From contig CAUYUJ010000237.1 in assembly GCA_963575745.1 (NCBI GenBank), positions 248,001 to 312,000 on the forward strand: 64,000 bases of DNA, read 5' to 3'. A program made the position numbers and the translations under genes. Positions 25,684 through 37,560 of this stretch are shown piece after piece; position 1 is the first letter of the stretch, and every line of letters begins with the position of its first letter. This DNA comes from Prorocentrum cordatum. Its lineage: Eukaryota. A model generated the notes under the pieces. It did no database searches. It was given only the letters and a program-made list of their open reading frames with translations, and was not told the origin of the DNA.

Positions 25684-27655
25684 TCGTGGCCCCACAGGGA
25701 GCCCCACCGCAGGTCCCAGTGGCAGGGTCCGCATGCAGTTCCACCTCGATTTCAGCGTACCTTTTCACGCGCTGCGTGGCCCCATAGGAAGCTCCGCCCA
25801 AAGTCCCAGTGGCAGGGTCCACATGCAGGTCCACCTCCATTTTGGCAAGCCCCTCACACGGTTCGTGGCCCCATAAGGAGTTCCACCGAAGGCCCCAGTG
25901 GCAGGGTCCGCATGCAGCTCCATTTCCATTTCGGCGCACCCCTCACACGCTTCGTGGCCCCATAGGGAGCCCCGCCGAAGGCCCCAGTGGCAGGGTCCGC
26001 ATGCAACTCCACCTCCACTTCGGCGCACCCTTCACACGCTTCGTGGTCCCATAGGGCGCCCCGCCCAAGGTCCAAGTGCCAGGGTCCGCATGTAATTCCA
26101 CCTCCATTTCGGCGCACCCCTCACACGGCTCGTGGCCCCACAGGGAGCTCCGCCGAAGGCCACAGCGGCAGGGTCCGCATGCAGTTCCACTTCCATTTTG
26201 GCGCACCTTTCACACGTTTCATTGCCCCATAGGGAGCTCCACCGAAAGTCCCAGTGGAAGGGTCCACATGCAGTTCCACCTCCATTTCGGCGCACCCCTC
26301 ACACGGTTCGTGGCCCCATAGGGTGCTCCGCTCGAGGCCCCAGTGTCAGGGTCCGCATGTAATTCCACCTCCATTTCGGCGCACCCCTCACACGGGTCGT
26401 GGCCCCATAGGGAGCTCCGCTCAAGGCCACAGTGGCACGGTCCACATGCAGTTCCACCTCCGTTTTGGCGCACCCTCACACGTTTCGTTGCTCCATAGGG
26501 AGCTCCGCCGAAGGCCCCAGTGGCAGGGTCCGCATGCAACTCCACCTCCACTTCGGCGCACCCTTCACACGGTTCGTGGCCCCATAGGGCGTCCCGCCCA
26601 AGGTCCAAGTGCCAGGGTCCGCATGTAATTCCACCTCCATTCCGACGCACCTCTCACATGTTTGGTGGCCCCACAGGGAGCTCCGCCGAAGGCCCCAGTG
26701 GCAGGGTCCGCATGCAGTTCCACTTCCACTACGGCGCACCCCTTACACGTTTCGTGGCCGCACAGGGTGCTCTCAGAAGCTTCAGTGGCGGGGTCCTCGT
26801 GCAGTTCCACCCGCATTTCGGCGCACCCCTCACACGGATCGTGGCCCCATAGGGAGCTCCGCCGAAGGCCACAGTGGCAGGGTCCGCATGCAATTCCACC
26901 TCCACTTCGGCGCACCCTTCACACGGTTCGTGGCCCCATAAAGCGCTCCGCCGAAGGCAGGGTCCGCATGCAGTTCCACCTCCACATCGGCGCACCCCTC
27001 ACACGTTTCGTGGCCTCATAGGGTGCTCCGCCGAAGGCCCCATTGGCAGGGTCGCATACAGTTCCACTTCCATTTTGGCGCACCCCTCACACGTTTCGTT
27101 GCCCAATAGGGAGCTCCGCCGAAGGCCCCAGTGGCAGGGTCCACATGCAGTTCCACCTCCATTCCGACGCACCTCTCATATGTTTGGTGGCCCATAGGGT
27201 GCTTCGCCGAAGGCCCCAGTGGCAGGGTCCGCATGCAGTTCCACCTCCGTTTTGGCGCACCCCTCACACGTTTCGTGGCCCCATAGGGAGCTCCACCGAA
27301 GTCCCAGTGGCAGGGTCCGCATGCAGTTCCACTTCCATTTCGGCGCACCCCTCGCTCGTGGCCCCATAGGGCCCTCCGCCGAAGGCCCCAGTGGCAGGAT
27401 CCGCATGCAACTCCACCTCCACTTCAGCGCACCCTTCACACTTTGCGTGGCCCCATAGGGAGCTCCACCGAAGGCCCTAGTAGTGGCAGCGCCCGCACGC
27501 GGTTCCACCCAGCATTCGGGCGCACCCCTCACACGTTCCGTGTCCTCACATGAGGCTCCACCGACGGCTCCGGTGGCAGCGTCCGCATGGCGTACCCGTG
27601 TCAATTTTGGCACTCTTGTCACACGCGTCGTGACTCCAGAGAGGTTCACCGAGGT
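25684..27655 (+). repeat. 89-bp satellite array 1 (~22 units, subtype GCATGCAGTTCCACCTCCATT)
   Basis: Unit GGCCCCATAGGGAGCTCCACCGAAGGCCCCAGTGGCAGGGTCCGCATGCAGTTCCACCTCCATTTCGGCGCACCCCTCACACGTTTCGT; period 89 (25809, 25898, 25987, 26076). Confidence 0.97.
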
Positions 27656-30063
27656 CGATACCCACAATTGCGTGACTCACAGCTGCACATGGTTGGACCC
27701 CTCGCCTTGATAATTTATATGTTTTTTGATACTCGATGTTGAAATCCTTACGAAGCCGAAAGTTTTTGAAGGATTTCGGCATGCGTGCGCGAAAACGCGC
27801 GCGTGTGCACTTCGTCTCGTCTGCCGCAAGGGATTTTTGTACAAATGGAAGGTATTTGATAAACGAGTGCGCGCGCATAGTATGTTTTGCAGAGGATGAC
27901 GGGGGGGGCGATACCGGTTGGACTGGGATGGTATGAACTCATTTTCGGATGGGCGATGGGGCAAAACCATATGTAAATTGCAATACGAAAAGGGGAACCG
28001 ACAATCCTGGGGGGGGGATAGAGTCCATATCATGGTTTTGAAAGGAGAATTAATTTAAACAGCACTTGGATATGTCAACGTCACTGCTCGCGCAATCATC
28101 CCATCCGCCCACCCGCAATTTGGCTCACAAAAACCCACGCGGCGGCGGTTGCGACTAGTGCTTGGCGTTGGCTGGTGCATCTCTGGGCCGCGCTAGCCCG
28201 CGCATTCTCGCGCGCGCAGCGGCCAGCTAGTTTGGCGCGACCAACGCGGCCGCGGTGGAGATGACCGCTGGGCATGTCCCAGCAGGCACTTCACTGCGAG
28301 TCATTGCCTTGGTCGGGCGCGGTATCACGGCGACGTCGACAACGATAGCCGCGATGATGATAGTTGCGATGATGACGACGATGATGGCGACGACGATGAC
28401 GATGACAAGGCCAATGACGGCGCCGATGCTGATCACGCCGATGACGATGACGGTCTTCCCGCGTCGGTGATTCAGGTTTTGGGAGAAGTTCGACACGAGC
28501 GCGCGGCCGACGCGTGTGAGTTGCCCGCGCGGCATTACTCGACAGCGATCGCCCCTCCCAGCACGCGCGCAAGGGCTATCGAATGATTTCGACGTGCTGT
28601 GCGAGAGGATTGCATGGTCGAATTTGCTGAACACGTTGGAAAACCTATGGCTTCCATGGGAAGTCGCAAATGCGCGCAAACCCTTTTTGGAGACCTAGCG
28701 TTGCAAAACCATTTATTTATGTGTATATACATATATGTGTTCGGCACAGTCGAATTTGAAGTCATTGCGAAACCTACGGTGTTTGAGAGATTCCGGCATT
28801 CGCGCGCGACGACGCGCGCGCGCGCACTTCGCCCCGTTGCTTTGCATGGGGGTATTGCGACAGCACGCGCGCAAAGGCGTTCGAATGATTTAGACATGTG
28901 GGGCGAGAGGCCCGCTTGGTCGAATTTGGTGAGTAGGTTGAAAGCCGAATGGTTTTCCCAAGGATTCGCAAGACCCCGAGCGAAAGCTTTTTTGAACATT
29001 CCTGTTGCGACACCCTTTTTTCCTGATCATGCCTTCGGGGCGCTCGAATTTGAAATCCTCGCGGCACCTAAGGTCTTTGAAGGTTTGTTGCATGCGCGCG
29101 CGACGACGCGCGCACTTGCATTTGTTGGCGTTTTCACGGAATGGAACCTGATAGTTTTGATGAGCGAGCGCGCGCGATCACATTTTTTCATGGGATGAGG
29201 CGGGGGGATAAGGGACTTCACGGCGTGGCATGGATTCGTAATCAGGATGGGCAATGGGGCAGAAGCATCTGCAACTTGCAATACAAGCATCCGTGCCACT
29301 CCGGGGGGGGAGGGAGATCCAAATAGTTGTTAGAAAGGAGAATCTGCGTGGTGCAATCTATGTTGGAGAATCTTGGCGTTGCCAACTCAATTGCCCGCGC
29401 AGCCATCCCACGGGCCCACCCGCCATTTGGTTCGCAATAACCGGGCGGTGGCGATTGCGAAGAGTGCTTAGCGTTGGCTGGCACCTGTGCGGTCGCGCTA
29501 GCCCGCGCATTTTCGCGCGCTCGGCGGCCTTGGCGCGAACAGCGCGGCCGCGATGGCGCTGACCGCCGGGCATTTCCCAGCGGGCACTGCAATGCGAGCC
29601 ATTGACTTGGGCGGGCGCGGTATCATGGCGACGTCGACGACGGTGGACGCGATGATGATTGCAGTGGTGGTGGCGACGATGGTGACGTTGACGAAGGCAA
29701 GGCCAATGACAGTGCCGATGCCGAGCACGCTGATGACGATGACGATGCCTTCACGTCGGCAATGAAGGTTCGGGGGGGCGTTCGACGTACACGCGGCAGA
29801 CGAGCGCGAGTGGCCCGCAGGCTCTTTTCGACAAGGATCGCGACCCCCCCTCCCCAGCGCGCAAGGGCATTCGAATGATGTCGACATGTGGAGCGAGAGG
29901 CCCGTTAAGTCGAACGCGATGACCATGTTCAAAAAATAGTCTTGGAGAATTCGCAAGAGCGCGCGCGGACCCGTTGGAAACGTGCGTTGCAAAACCATGT
30001 GCTTCTTTTTTCCCCAATCATCCAGTGGTGATGGGTCTTCGTTTTGAAGAGACGGTCCCCGCG

Positions 30064-31540
30064 ACCCCACATGGGGCATCACCGGGGGCCCCAGTGGCAG
30101 GGTCAGCATGCGGTTCCGTCCCCATTTCGGAGCACCCTTCACGCGCTTCGTGGCTCCATGGTGTGCTCCACCAAAGGACCCAGTGGCAGGGTCCGTATGC
30201 AGTTCCACCCCGATTTGGGTGCACCCCTCACGCGCTTCGTGGCCACATGGTGTGCTCCACCGAAGACCTCAGTGGCAGGGTCCGCATGCGGTTCCACCCC
30301 CATTTTGGTACACCCTTCACACGCTTCGTGGCCCCATAAGGTGCTCCACCGAAGGCCCATGCGGTTCCACTTCCACTTCGGCGCACCCCTCACACGTATC
30401 GTGGCCCCATAGGGTGCTCCACCGAAGGCCCCAGCGGCTGTGTCCGCCTGCAGCTCCACCTCCATTTCGGCGCACCTTTCACGCGTGTCGTAGCCTTATA
30501 GGGTGCCCCACCGAAGGCTACAGCGGCAGGGTCCGCATTCAGTTCCACCCCCATGTCGGCGCACCCCTCACACGTTTCGTGGCCCCATAGGGTGTTTCAC
30601 CGAAGGCTCCATTGGCAGGGTCCGCATGCATTTCCACCTCCATTTCGGAGCACCCCTCACACGCGTTTCGTTGCCCGATAGGGTGCTCCACCGAAGGCCC
30701 CAGTGGCAGGGTCCGCATGCAGTTCCATTTTCATTTCGGCGAACCTTTCACGCGATTCGCGGCCCCATGACGTGCTCGACCGAAGGCCCCAGTGGCAGGG
30801 CACCTTTCACGCGCTTCGTAGCCCCATGACGTGCTCCACCGAAGGCACCACTGGCAGATCCGCATGCAGTTCCGCTTCCATTTCGGAGCACCCTTCACAC
30901 GTTTCGTAGCCCGATAGGGTGCTCCACCGAAGGCCCCAGTGGCAGGGTCCGCATGCAGTTCCACCTCCACTTCGGCGCACCGTTCACGCGTTTCGTGGCC
31001 CCATGACGTGCTCGACCGAAGGCCTCATTGGCAGGTCCGCATGCAGTTCCGCTTCCGTTGCGGAGCACCTTTCACACGCTTCGTTGCCCCATGGTGTGTT
31101 CCACCGAAGGCACCAGTGGCAGGGTCCGCATGCAGTTCCACCTCCATGTCGGCGCACCCTTCACGCGCTTCGTAGCCCCATGACGTGCTCCACCGAAGGC
31201 CCCAGTGGCAGGGTCCGCATGCAGTTCCGCTTCCATTTCGGAGCACCCCTTATACGCTTCGCGGCCCCATGGTGTGCTCCACCGAAGGCCCGTGCGGTTC
31301 CACTTCCACTTCGGCGCACCTCTCACACGTTTCGTGGCCCCATAGGGTGCTCCACCGAAGGCCCCAGCGGCAGTGTCCGCCTGCAGCTCCACCTCCATTT
31401 CGGAACACCCTTCACACGTTTCGTGGCCCCATCGGGTGCTCCATCCAAGGCCTCAGTGGCAGGGTCCGCGTGCCGCCGCCATCCCACTTTGGCACACCCC
31501 TCACACATTTCGCCCCCCCCACAAGGAGCTCCACCGAAGA
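30064..31540 (+). repeat. 89-bp satellite array 2 (~17 units, some with deletions)
   Basis: Same unit and subtype as array 1. Confidence 0.95.
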
Positions 31541-33259
31541 CGATATTTACGACTGCGGCACCCACAACTGCACATGGTTGGGTCCTTCGCCAGGCTATTT
31601 TTGCTGGGGGGGGCACTCGATGTTGAAATCCTGACGAAACCCGAGGTTGTTGATGCATTTCGCCACGCGTGCGCGACGACGCGCGCGGGTGCACTTCGCC
31701 CCGTGTCTCGCGAGGGATCATTGCGGCAGCGCGCGCGCAAGGGCGCTCGAGCGATCTCGGCATGCCCGCGCGAGCGTCACGTTTGGTATAATGTGATGGG
31801 GATGCTGAGAAACCAATGGCTTTTTTCCACAGAATTCGCGCGAGCGCGAGCGCATGTTGTGTCCTGAGAACTACTGCTGCGAGTTCAGCGTTTCTCATAG
31901 AAGCACGTTTTCAGTGCACTCGGTTTCGGAATCTTGCGAAATCTAAGGTGTTGCAAGGATTTCGGCATGCGCGCGCGACGACGCGCGCGCGCCTGCACTT
32001 TGTTTTCCCCCTGCAAAACTGACGGCTTTTGATAAACGAGCGCGCGCATAATATTCTGTACAAAGCATCAGGAGGGGTGATAAGGGACTGCCTGAGATGG
32101 CACGATTTCATACTTACGACGGGCGGTGTGGCAGAATCACGCGTACAGCGCGCTGCGGAAAAGTTGTTGGTCAAGTCCGGGGGGGAGGTCGAATATTTTT
32201 TGAAAGGGGAATTCACCCTGCCGAAGTTGAAGTTGCTAACTCCACTGGTCGCGCGTTCATCCCGCCCACCAGCTCGCAACTTCGCTTGCAAAGCCCATGC
32301 GGCAGCAATTGCGATGACTGCTTGCCGCTGGCTGGCCCGTCGCCGCGGCCGCGCTAGCGCGCAGGCTCGTGCGCCGAGCGGCCGGCTAGCCTGGCGCGAC
32401 CGTCGCGACCGCGGTGGCGCTGACCGCGGGGCACTTCCCAGCGGGTCTCGCAGGCTGCGCTGGCGCACGGGCACTTCAGCGCGAGTCGGTGAGTTGGGCG
32501 GGCGCGGTATCATGGTAACGGCGACAACGGCTGATACGATGATAACTGTAGCGATGCTGGTGACGACGATAACGATGACGACGGCAACGCCAATGACGGC
32601 GCCGATGCTGATTACGCCGATGACGATGATGGTGTCCACGAGTCGGGGATGAAGGCTTTGGAGGGTTTTCGGCTCGACATGCGCGCGCGGCCGACGGGCT
32701 CGAGTGGCCTGCGTGGTATTATTTGACAGGGACCGTGCCCCCCCCCCCCCCCACCCCCCCAGCACGCGCGCAAGGGCGCTCGAATGATTTTGACACGCGC
32801 GCGCGAGAGGCCCGCTTGGCCCCATGTGATGAAAATGTTTGAACGCCGATGGGTTTCTTGAGAATTCGCAAGAGCGCGCGCGGTGACCTTATTACAAAAC
32901 CATGGGTTCGTTTTGCTTATGTTTTCGGAGCATTCGATTCTGAAATCCATGCGAAACCGAAGGTGTCTGAAAGATTTGGGCAAGCGCGCGCGACGACAAG
33001 CGCGCGTGCACTTCGTCAGTTTGTCCAAGAAGAGGTTCTTGCAAATTGATGATTCGGCTGAAGAGAGCGGGGTGGAGGGGGGTCGAGTCCGGCTTGGTTG
33101 GAATGAAATGAGTTCACTTCTAGGAAGGATAATGGGCCAGAATCATTCGTAATTTGCACATCCCCAGGGGTATCGATAAGTCCGACCTCGGGCTGGTGGC
33201 GGATTCCCTTTCTCTTTTGGAAGAAAAATCATGTGGTGCAACATATGCTGAGCAATCGA

Positions 33260-33450
33260 TGTCGGGGCGACGGCGGCAACATCGCCGCCAGACCGACAGA
33301 CAGGCCCAGACGACTGGCGGCGACGGGGGCGGCGACGGCGGCAACACAGCCGCGAGACCGACAGACAAACCCAGACGATGGGCGGCGACGGGGAGGCAAC
33401 GGGGCCGCGACGGTGGGAACATAACAGCCAAACCGGCAGACAGGCAGTTC
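33260..33450 (+). repeat. ~65-80-bp degenerate tandem repeat, 3 copies
   Basis: GCGACGGCGGCAACA..AGACCGACAGACA recurs. Confidence 0.7.
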
Positions 33451-33725
33451 TTTAGCAACAGGTAAGAACCAATAGTGGTGGAGGCGGAAAAGAATTCGGG
33501 AACCCGTCGCCCAGCCGAAATCTGAAAAACGCAAACCAACCATGGCCGACCAGGGGGCCGGGGTGCTCGCTTCGCTCGGGCTGGGGCTCCCCCTGGCGCC
33601 TGCGGCAGGCATTTCGGGGAGCCTCGAAGGGCTCTGGGAGGCCCACCGCGGTGGCACCTCGAGGCCCTGCAGGGTGCCCCCGTTGCCTCCGCGGGCCCTG
33701 CCCTGCGCGACGTAACGACGATGAT

Positions 33726-33759
<34 letters not shown>

Positions 33760-35193
33760 AGAAGAAGAAAACGAAGACGACGACGACCTCCCAGCCCACC
33801 AGTCCTGTCCTTGTGCGCCCCTTCCCCTCCCCGCCGCCTGCTCCCGCTCCCTGCGCATCCTCCTCCCTGACCCCCCGCCTTGTCGCCTATTGGGCATTGT
33901 CGGCGCTAGGATGGCGGGGGGCTTCGTGGAATGGATCGGGATATTCCAGTCATGATGTTCTCACCCCCCTCAACGGAGACTCCAGTGGGTAACCCCCCGA
34001 GGTCCGGCGTCGCCGTTTCCCATTCTCTCGGGGAGTGCACTAAGTCTTCGCAGGATTTTTCCTCGCCGCTTTTTTTCTGCGGGGTTCCTCGGCGTTCTTT
34101 GGGGCGCGTGATGCGGACCGCGGCTTGCTTGCGGGCCTCCTTGGGGCGCGTGGCCTCATGGGGGACGCAACCGCTGATTCGCAACAATAGTCACCAAAAC
34201 GCGAATGTTGCACATGCGTTTTCTTTCAAGTTCTCGAGGCATGCGATTTGCATTGTCGTATTCATGTGCGCATGAAAATACGCCACCACATACCAGCCAT
34301 TGATGTCATGTTGTCCGGAAAGTCTTTTGGCGTGTCGTCGTCGTTGTTTTTGCGAAGAGGTTCATTGAAGATTTGCATTGTTTCGCCATTTCTTTTATTT
34401 TGGTGGGTTTGTGTGGGGCGAGTCAAGTCGCAATTTCTCGGTGAGACCCGGTAAGTGTGCAGGAGTTAGATGTTCTTCGCTGGTTTCTCTGAACGGATGG
34501 GTGAGATAAAAAGAAAGGGGGAGTACAATGATGCTTCTTAGAAGGAGTGCTTATCAGAAGCCCTCTGCTTTCTTTGAGTTGACTCCCCCTCCGCTGCCTC
34601 ACCCCATTGCGCGCGCCACTAGGTAAGGGGGGTGGACCCATACTTCTCGGGTCGCGATCCTGCTTTCGCGGTGTGGGCCCTCGGAGCACTGGACCCCCCC
34701 CTGGGGGCAGCTTCTCCTAGCGTGACGTCTTCGACGGTCCTGGGGACCCAAGCTGGCCTCCAGAAGATCAGAGCTGGACCAAGAACGCTCGTGGCTACCC
34801 CCCGCGACGCTCGCACGCTTCGGGAGGGGGCGAGGGAGGGAGGGAGGGAGGAGACGAAAATCTAGGCCGCGCGAATGGGACTGGAGTAGAAGAGGTCGGG
34901 GATCGCACTGCATCGCGGTGCATCGCCGATGTGCCGGCGAGGCGGCGTGACCTGGAGCGCTTCTGTTCCGCCCCGACGTCGCCGACATGCCTGCTGTGCA
35001 GCGCGATCCTCCGACCCCGCCTGCTCGGGCCCCGCTTGGGGGCGGCCTCCAGAGATCGCCAGGACGCCAGCGGGCCCCAAGGGAAAAACGGGCACCGAGG
35101 GCTTTGTCTGGGCTCTCGGGGCCGTCCACAGGCCCCAGGGCCCGTAAGGGCGGGTCGCGACGCGGACGAGGACGCGGTCCAGGTGGCACAGGT

Positions 35194-35268
35194 TCACGCG
35201 CGCGGGTCGCCCAGTCGTAAAATTACTGGCTGACTTCTCCTTGCTGCCAGCCGGTTCCAGACGCTCTC
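35194..35268 (-). CDS. Candidate terminal exon of a minus-strand multi-exon gene
   Basis: CCCCAG|G acceptor, then ESVWNRLAARRSQPVILRLGDPRA-stop. Pairs with a CAG|GTAGG donor at 35574/35573. Frame unverified. Confidence 0.3.
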   Translation of the reverse strand, partial: ESVWNRLAARRSQPVILRLGDPRA

Positions 35269-35354
35269 CTGGGGCAGTGCAGACGAAACGATACGGAGTC
35301 CAGGACCCGTCTCCTTCGGGACCCGCCCCCTCCCCTGCCAGAGACGAGGGGGGA

Positions 35355-35504
35355 GGGGGCCACATGCGAACCCTACCCCTACCCCCCACGATTTCTGAGG
35401 GGGAGGGTGGGGTTCACCTCGCTCGAGAGCTCCCGAACGGAGTGAACCCCACCCTCCCCCTCAGAAATCGTGGGGGGTAGGGGTAGGGTTCGCATGTGGC
35501 CCCC
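35355..35504. mobile_element. Perfect palindromic MITE/hairpin with 63-bp arms and a 24-nt spacer
   Basis: 35355-35417 is the exact reverse complement of 35442-35504. G-run flanks are compatible with a 5-6-bp TSD. Confidence 0.9.
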
Positions 35505-35692
35505 CGGGGGGGAGGGCGCCTGCCTTCCGGGGCTCCCCGCGTCCCGCCCTCCTGGGCCGCCCGCGCCGCCTACCTGCACTGGTGGCTGTGCGCCTTCATG
35601 GCCGGCGTCGGCGCCCTCAAGGCGGCGGGCCCCCCTCGGGCGCGGCTTGCCTCCCCTCCGGGATCGGGGAGCGAGGATCGAGGCCTCTGGAC

Positions 35693-36089
35693 TTTGGACG
35701 CCCGACATGGGCACGGAAAGAACGGGTACAATGCCCAACAGCAGTTCCTGCTCATTCTGAGCAGGACTCGCTGTCCACGCCGCCGCGGCCTGTGTCCATT
35801 TGAGACAGAGGGCCGCCTGCCCAACAGCGGCCGCTGTTGGTTTGGGACAACATTTGTTGCTGGGCATTGTACTCCAGATTTCGTAATAAAAGGGAGGGGG
35901 TCTGGACCCTCCAAGACAGGCCATTTCAGACCCCCCCCGTGGGAGAACCCTCCAAAACACCGTCCCCAGACCCCCCCAGGCCCTCCAAGATAGCCTGGAA
36001 GAGACCCCCCCAGAAATGAGACCCCCCTCCCTTTTTTACCACGAAATCTGGAGTGCCCATTCTTTCCGTGCCCATTTGGGGCGTCCAGA
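35693..36089. mobile_element. MITE with long TIRs and 5-bp TSD TGGAC
   Basis: TIR TGGACGCCC..ATGGGCACGGAAAGAA.GGG.ACTCCAGATTTCGT at both ends (left copy interrupted). TGGAC at 35688-35692 and 36090-36094. Confidence 0.85.
35729..35869. mobile_element. 141-bp MITE with TA TSD nested in the left TIR of the host MITE
   Basis: CAATGCCCAACAGC ... GTTGCTGGGCATTG flanked by TA (35727-35728, 35870-35871). Removal restores the host TIR. A TA TSD is typical of Tc1/mariner. Confidence 0.85.
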
Positions 36090-36267
36090 TGGACGCACGG
36101 AGTTCTGGCGGCGGCCTCGTCGCCGCGGCCGGGTTCCCCTCGGGACTCCCGGGTCAGAGAGTGGGCCCCGGGCGGGGTCCGCTCTGACCATAGGCAAGCT
36201 TTGCCCAGCCCCGAGGGGCGCCGGGAAGCAGCAGACCTCGACGGCCTGCTGCTGCTTTTGAGTTCCT

Positions 36268-36439
36268 TCGGGGGTGGACAGAACCCCCAACAGTGACACG
36301 TCGATTAGTGAATTGTCCGTTTTCGGTTCTCGAGAGGGCGCCGCGGCCGCTATTTTCCAGGCTTGCGCCCGCCAGGTTTGGGCCTCAGGTCGTTTTCACT
36401 AAACCACGTTTTACTAAAGGGAGGTCTGTCCATCCCCGA
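36268..36439. mobile_element. 172-bp MITE copy 1, TSD TTCCT
   Basis: TIR TCGGGGGTGGACAGA / TCTGTCCATCCCCGA. TTCCT at 36263-36267 and 36440-36444. Second copy at 52608. Confidence 0.95.
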
Positions 36440-37359
36440 TTCCTGGTCCGTCGGAGGCCCGTTTCGGGCCACACGACCGCCAAGGAGCGACCCCGCGATG
36501 AGAAACCAGCCCGTCCTCCCTCTTCCATCCGCCCGCTGCTCTTTCTCGGCCCCCGGCGCTTCTCGCTTTCTGCCGTCCGCTGTCTTCCCTGCGTTCGCTC
36601 CCTTGTCCACTGGCGCTGCGCTTGCTGGTCGCGACGTCTCGGGTCGCGTTTCGAGCCTGCCTGGCGGCCTTTCGTCGCACGTGGTACGCCAGCTGCGCAT
36701 CTGGGATTGGTGGGCTCAGCGAGGAAGTTTAGAACTAGTGCTCTGGATCCCAGGCGCGGGTCGGCCACCTCCACAGCAAGCTTTGAGCCAACGCCCAGAT
36801 CACAGGCGGCTTCGTTGTTGAAATCTGGTTCTGGGGTTTCTCAATCAACAGTTTCAGAGCTTCTCGTATTCGAGGCAGGCCTAGACTTTGACGTCAGGTG
36901 AGCGGCAGGGAGAGCGACAGTCCACCACCCCCACTCCCCCAGGATGGCTTCCTAGGGCTTCTGGAAGGCTCTTGGAAAGCGTCATGATGCGCCCCGGCGA
37001 GTCCAAAAGATCCCAGAGGACCCCGGGCGCCCCCAAGGAGTTTCTGCGGGAGGCTCTTAAGAGGTCAACGAGCGGAGCGGAGCGGAGTGCCAGCGTGCGC
37101 CAGAGCGCACCTTGTGCGGGCTGCCAGAGCGCTGCTTCTCACAATATTCTGACAATATTGCAGTGGCCTCCGGCCAGTGCCGCCGATACGGGGTGCTACC
37201 GATTCTTCTTGCAACGGATGATCTTTTAAAAGAAGAGCACTCGCTCGAGACATCCTCATGAGATAGAGAGGTTGAACTCGCTTGGGCAACCTTCGGATAT
37301 TCGCAAGTGGCGATCTCGCGTGAACAGCCAAACTCATGGGATGTCCCCTCCCACCTTCA

Positions 37360-37560
37360 GGGCCTGATGGCGTCAGCCCCCGCCCCCCCGACTCCCCCAT
37401 CCCGGGCGTGAATGGCGTCAGCCATGGCGTCGGCCCTCCCCCCCCCTCTCCTCTCCCGAGTCTGAATGGCGTCAGCCCCCCCACCCCCGACAGAGTGAAG
37501 CTTGAGCGAGCTCCCCCGTCCCTCCCCCCTCCCGGGCCTGAATGGCGTCAGCCATGGCGT
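37360..37560 (+). repeat. Four copies of TGAATGGCGTCAGCC separated by C-rich spacers
   Basis: Directly visible. Confidence 0.75.

Larger units (their letters stand above)
24590..33190 (+). repeat. Head-to-tail cluster of four units of a composite repeat; units 1 and 3 carry 89-bp arrays
   Basis: A conserved ~500-bp block (..GACCGACGCGGCCGCGGTGGCGCTGACC..GCGCCGATGCTGATCACGCCGA..) recurs at ~24650, 28075, 29380 and 32235, with other shared blocks between. Confidence 0.85.

Noticed and set aside
25684..27655. 89-bp arrays as CRISPR arrays or repeat-protein genes
   Set aside because: The whole unit is repeated with no unique spacers, there are no cas genes, and 89 is not a multiple of 3, so the ORFs simply cycle through frames.
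36781..36792. Minus-strand TTGGCTCAAAG as an SL relic
   Set aside because: The match is too short and lacks the CCATT portion.
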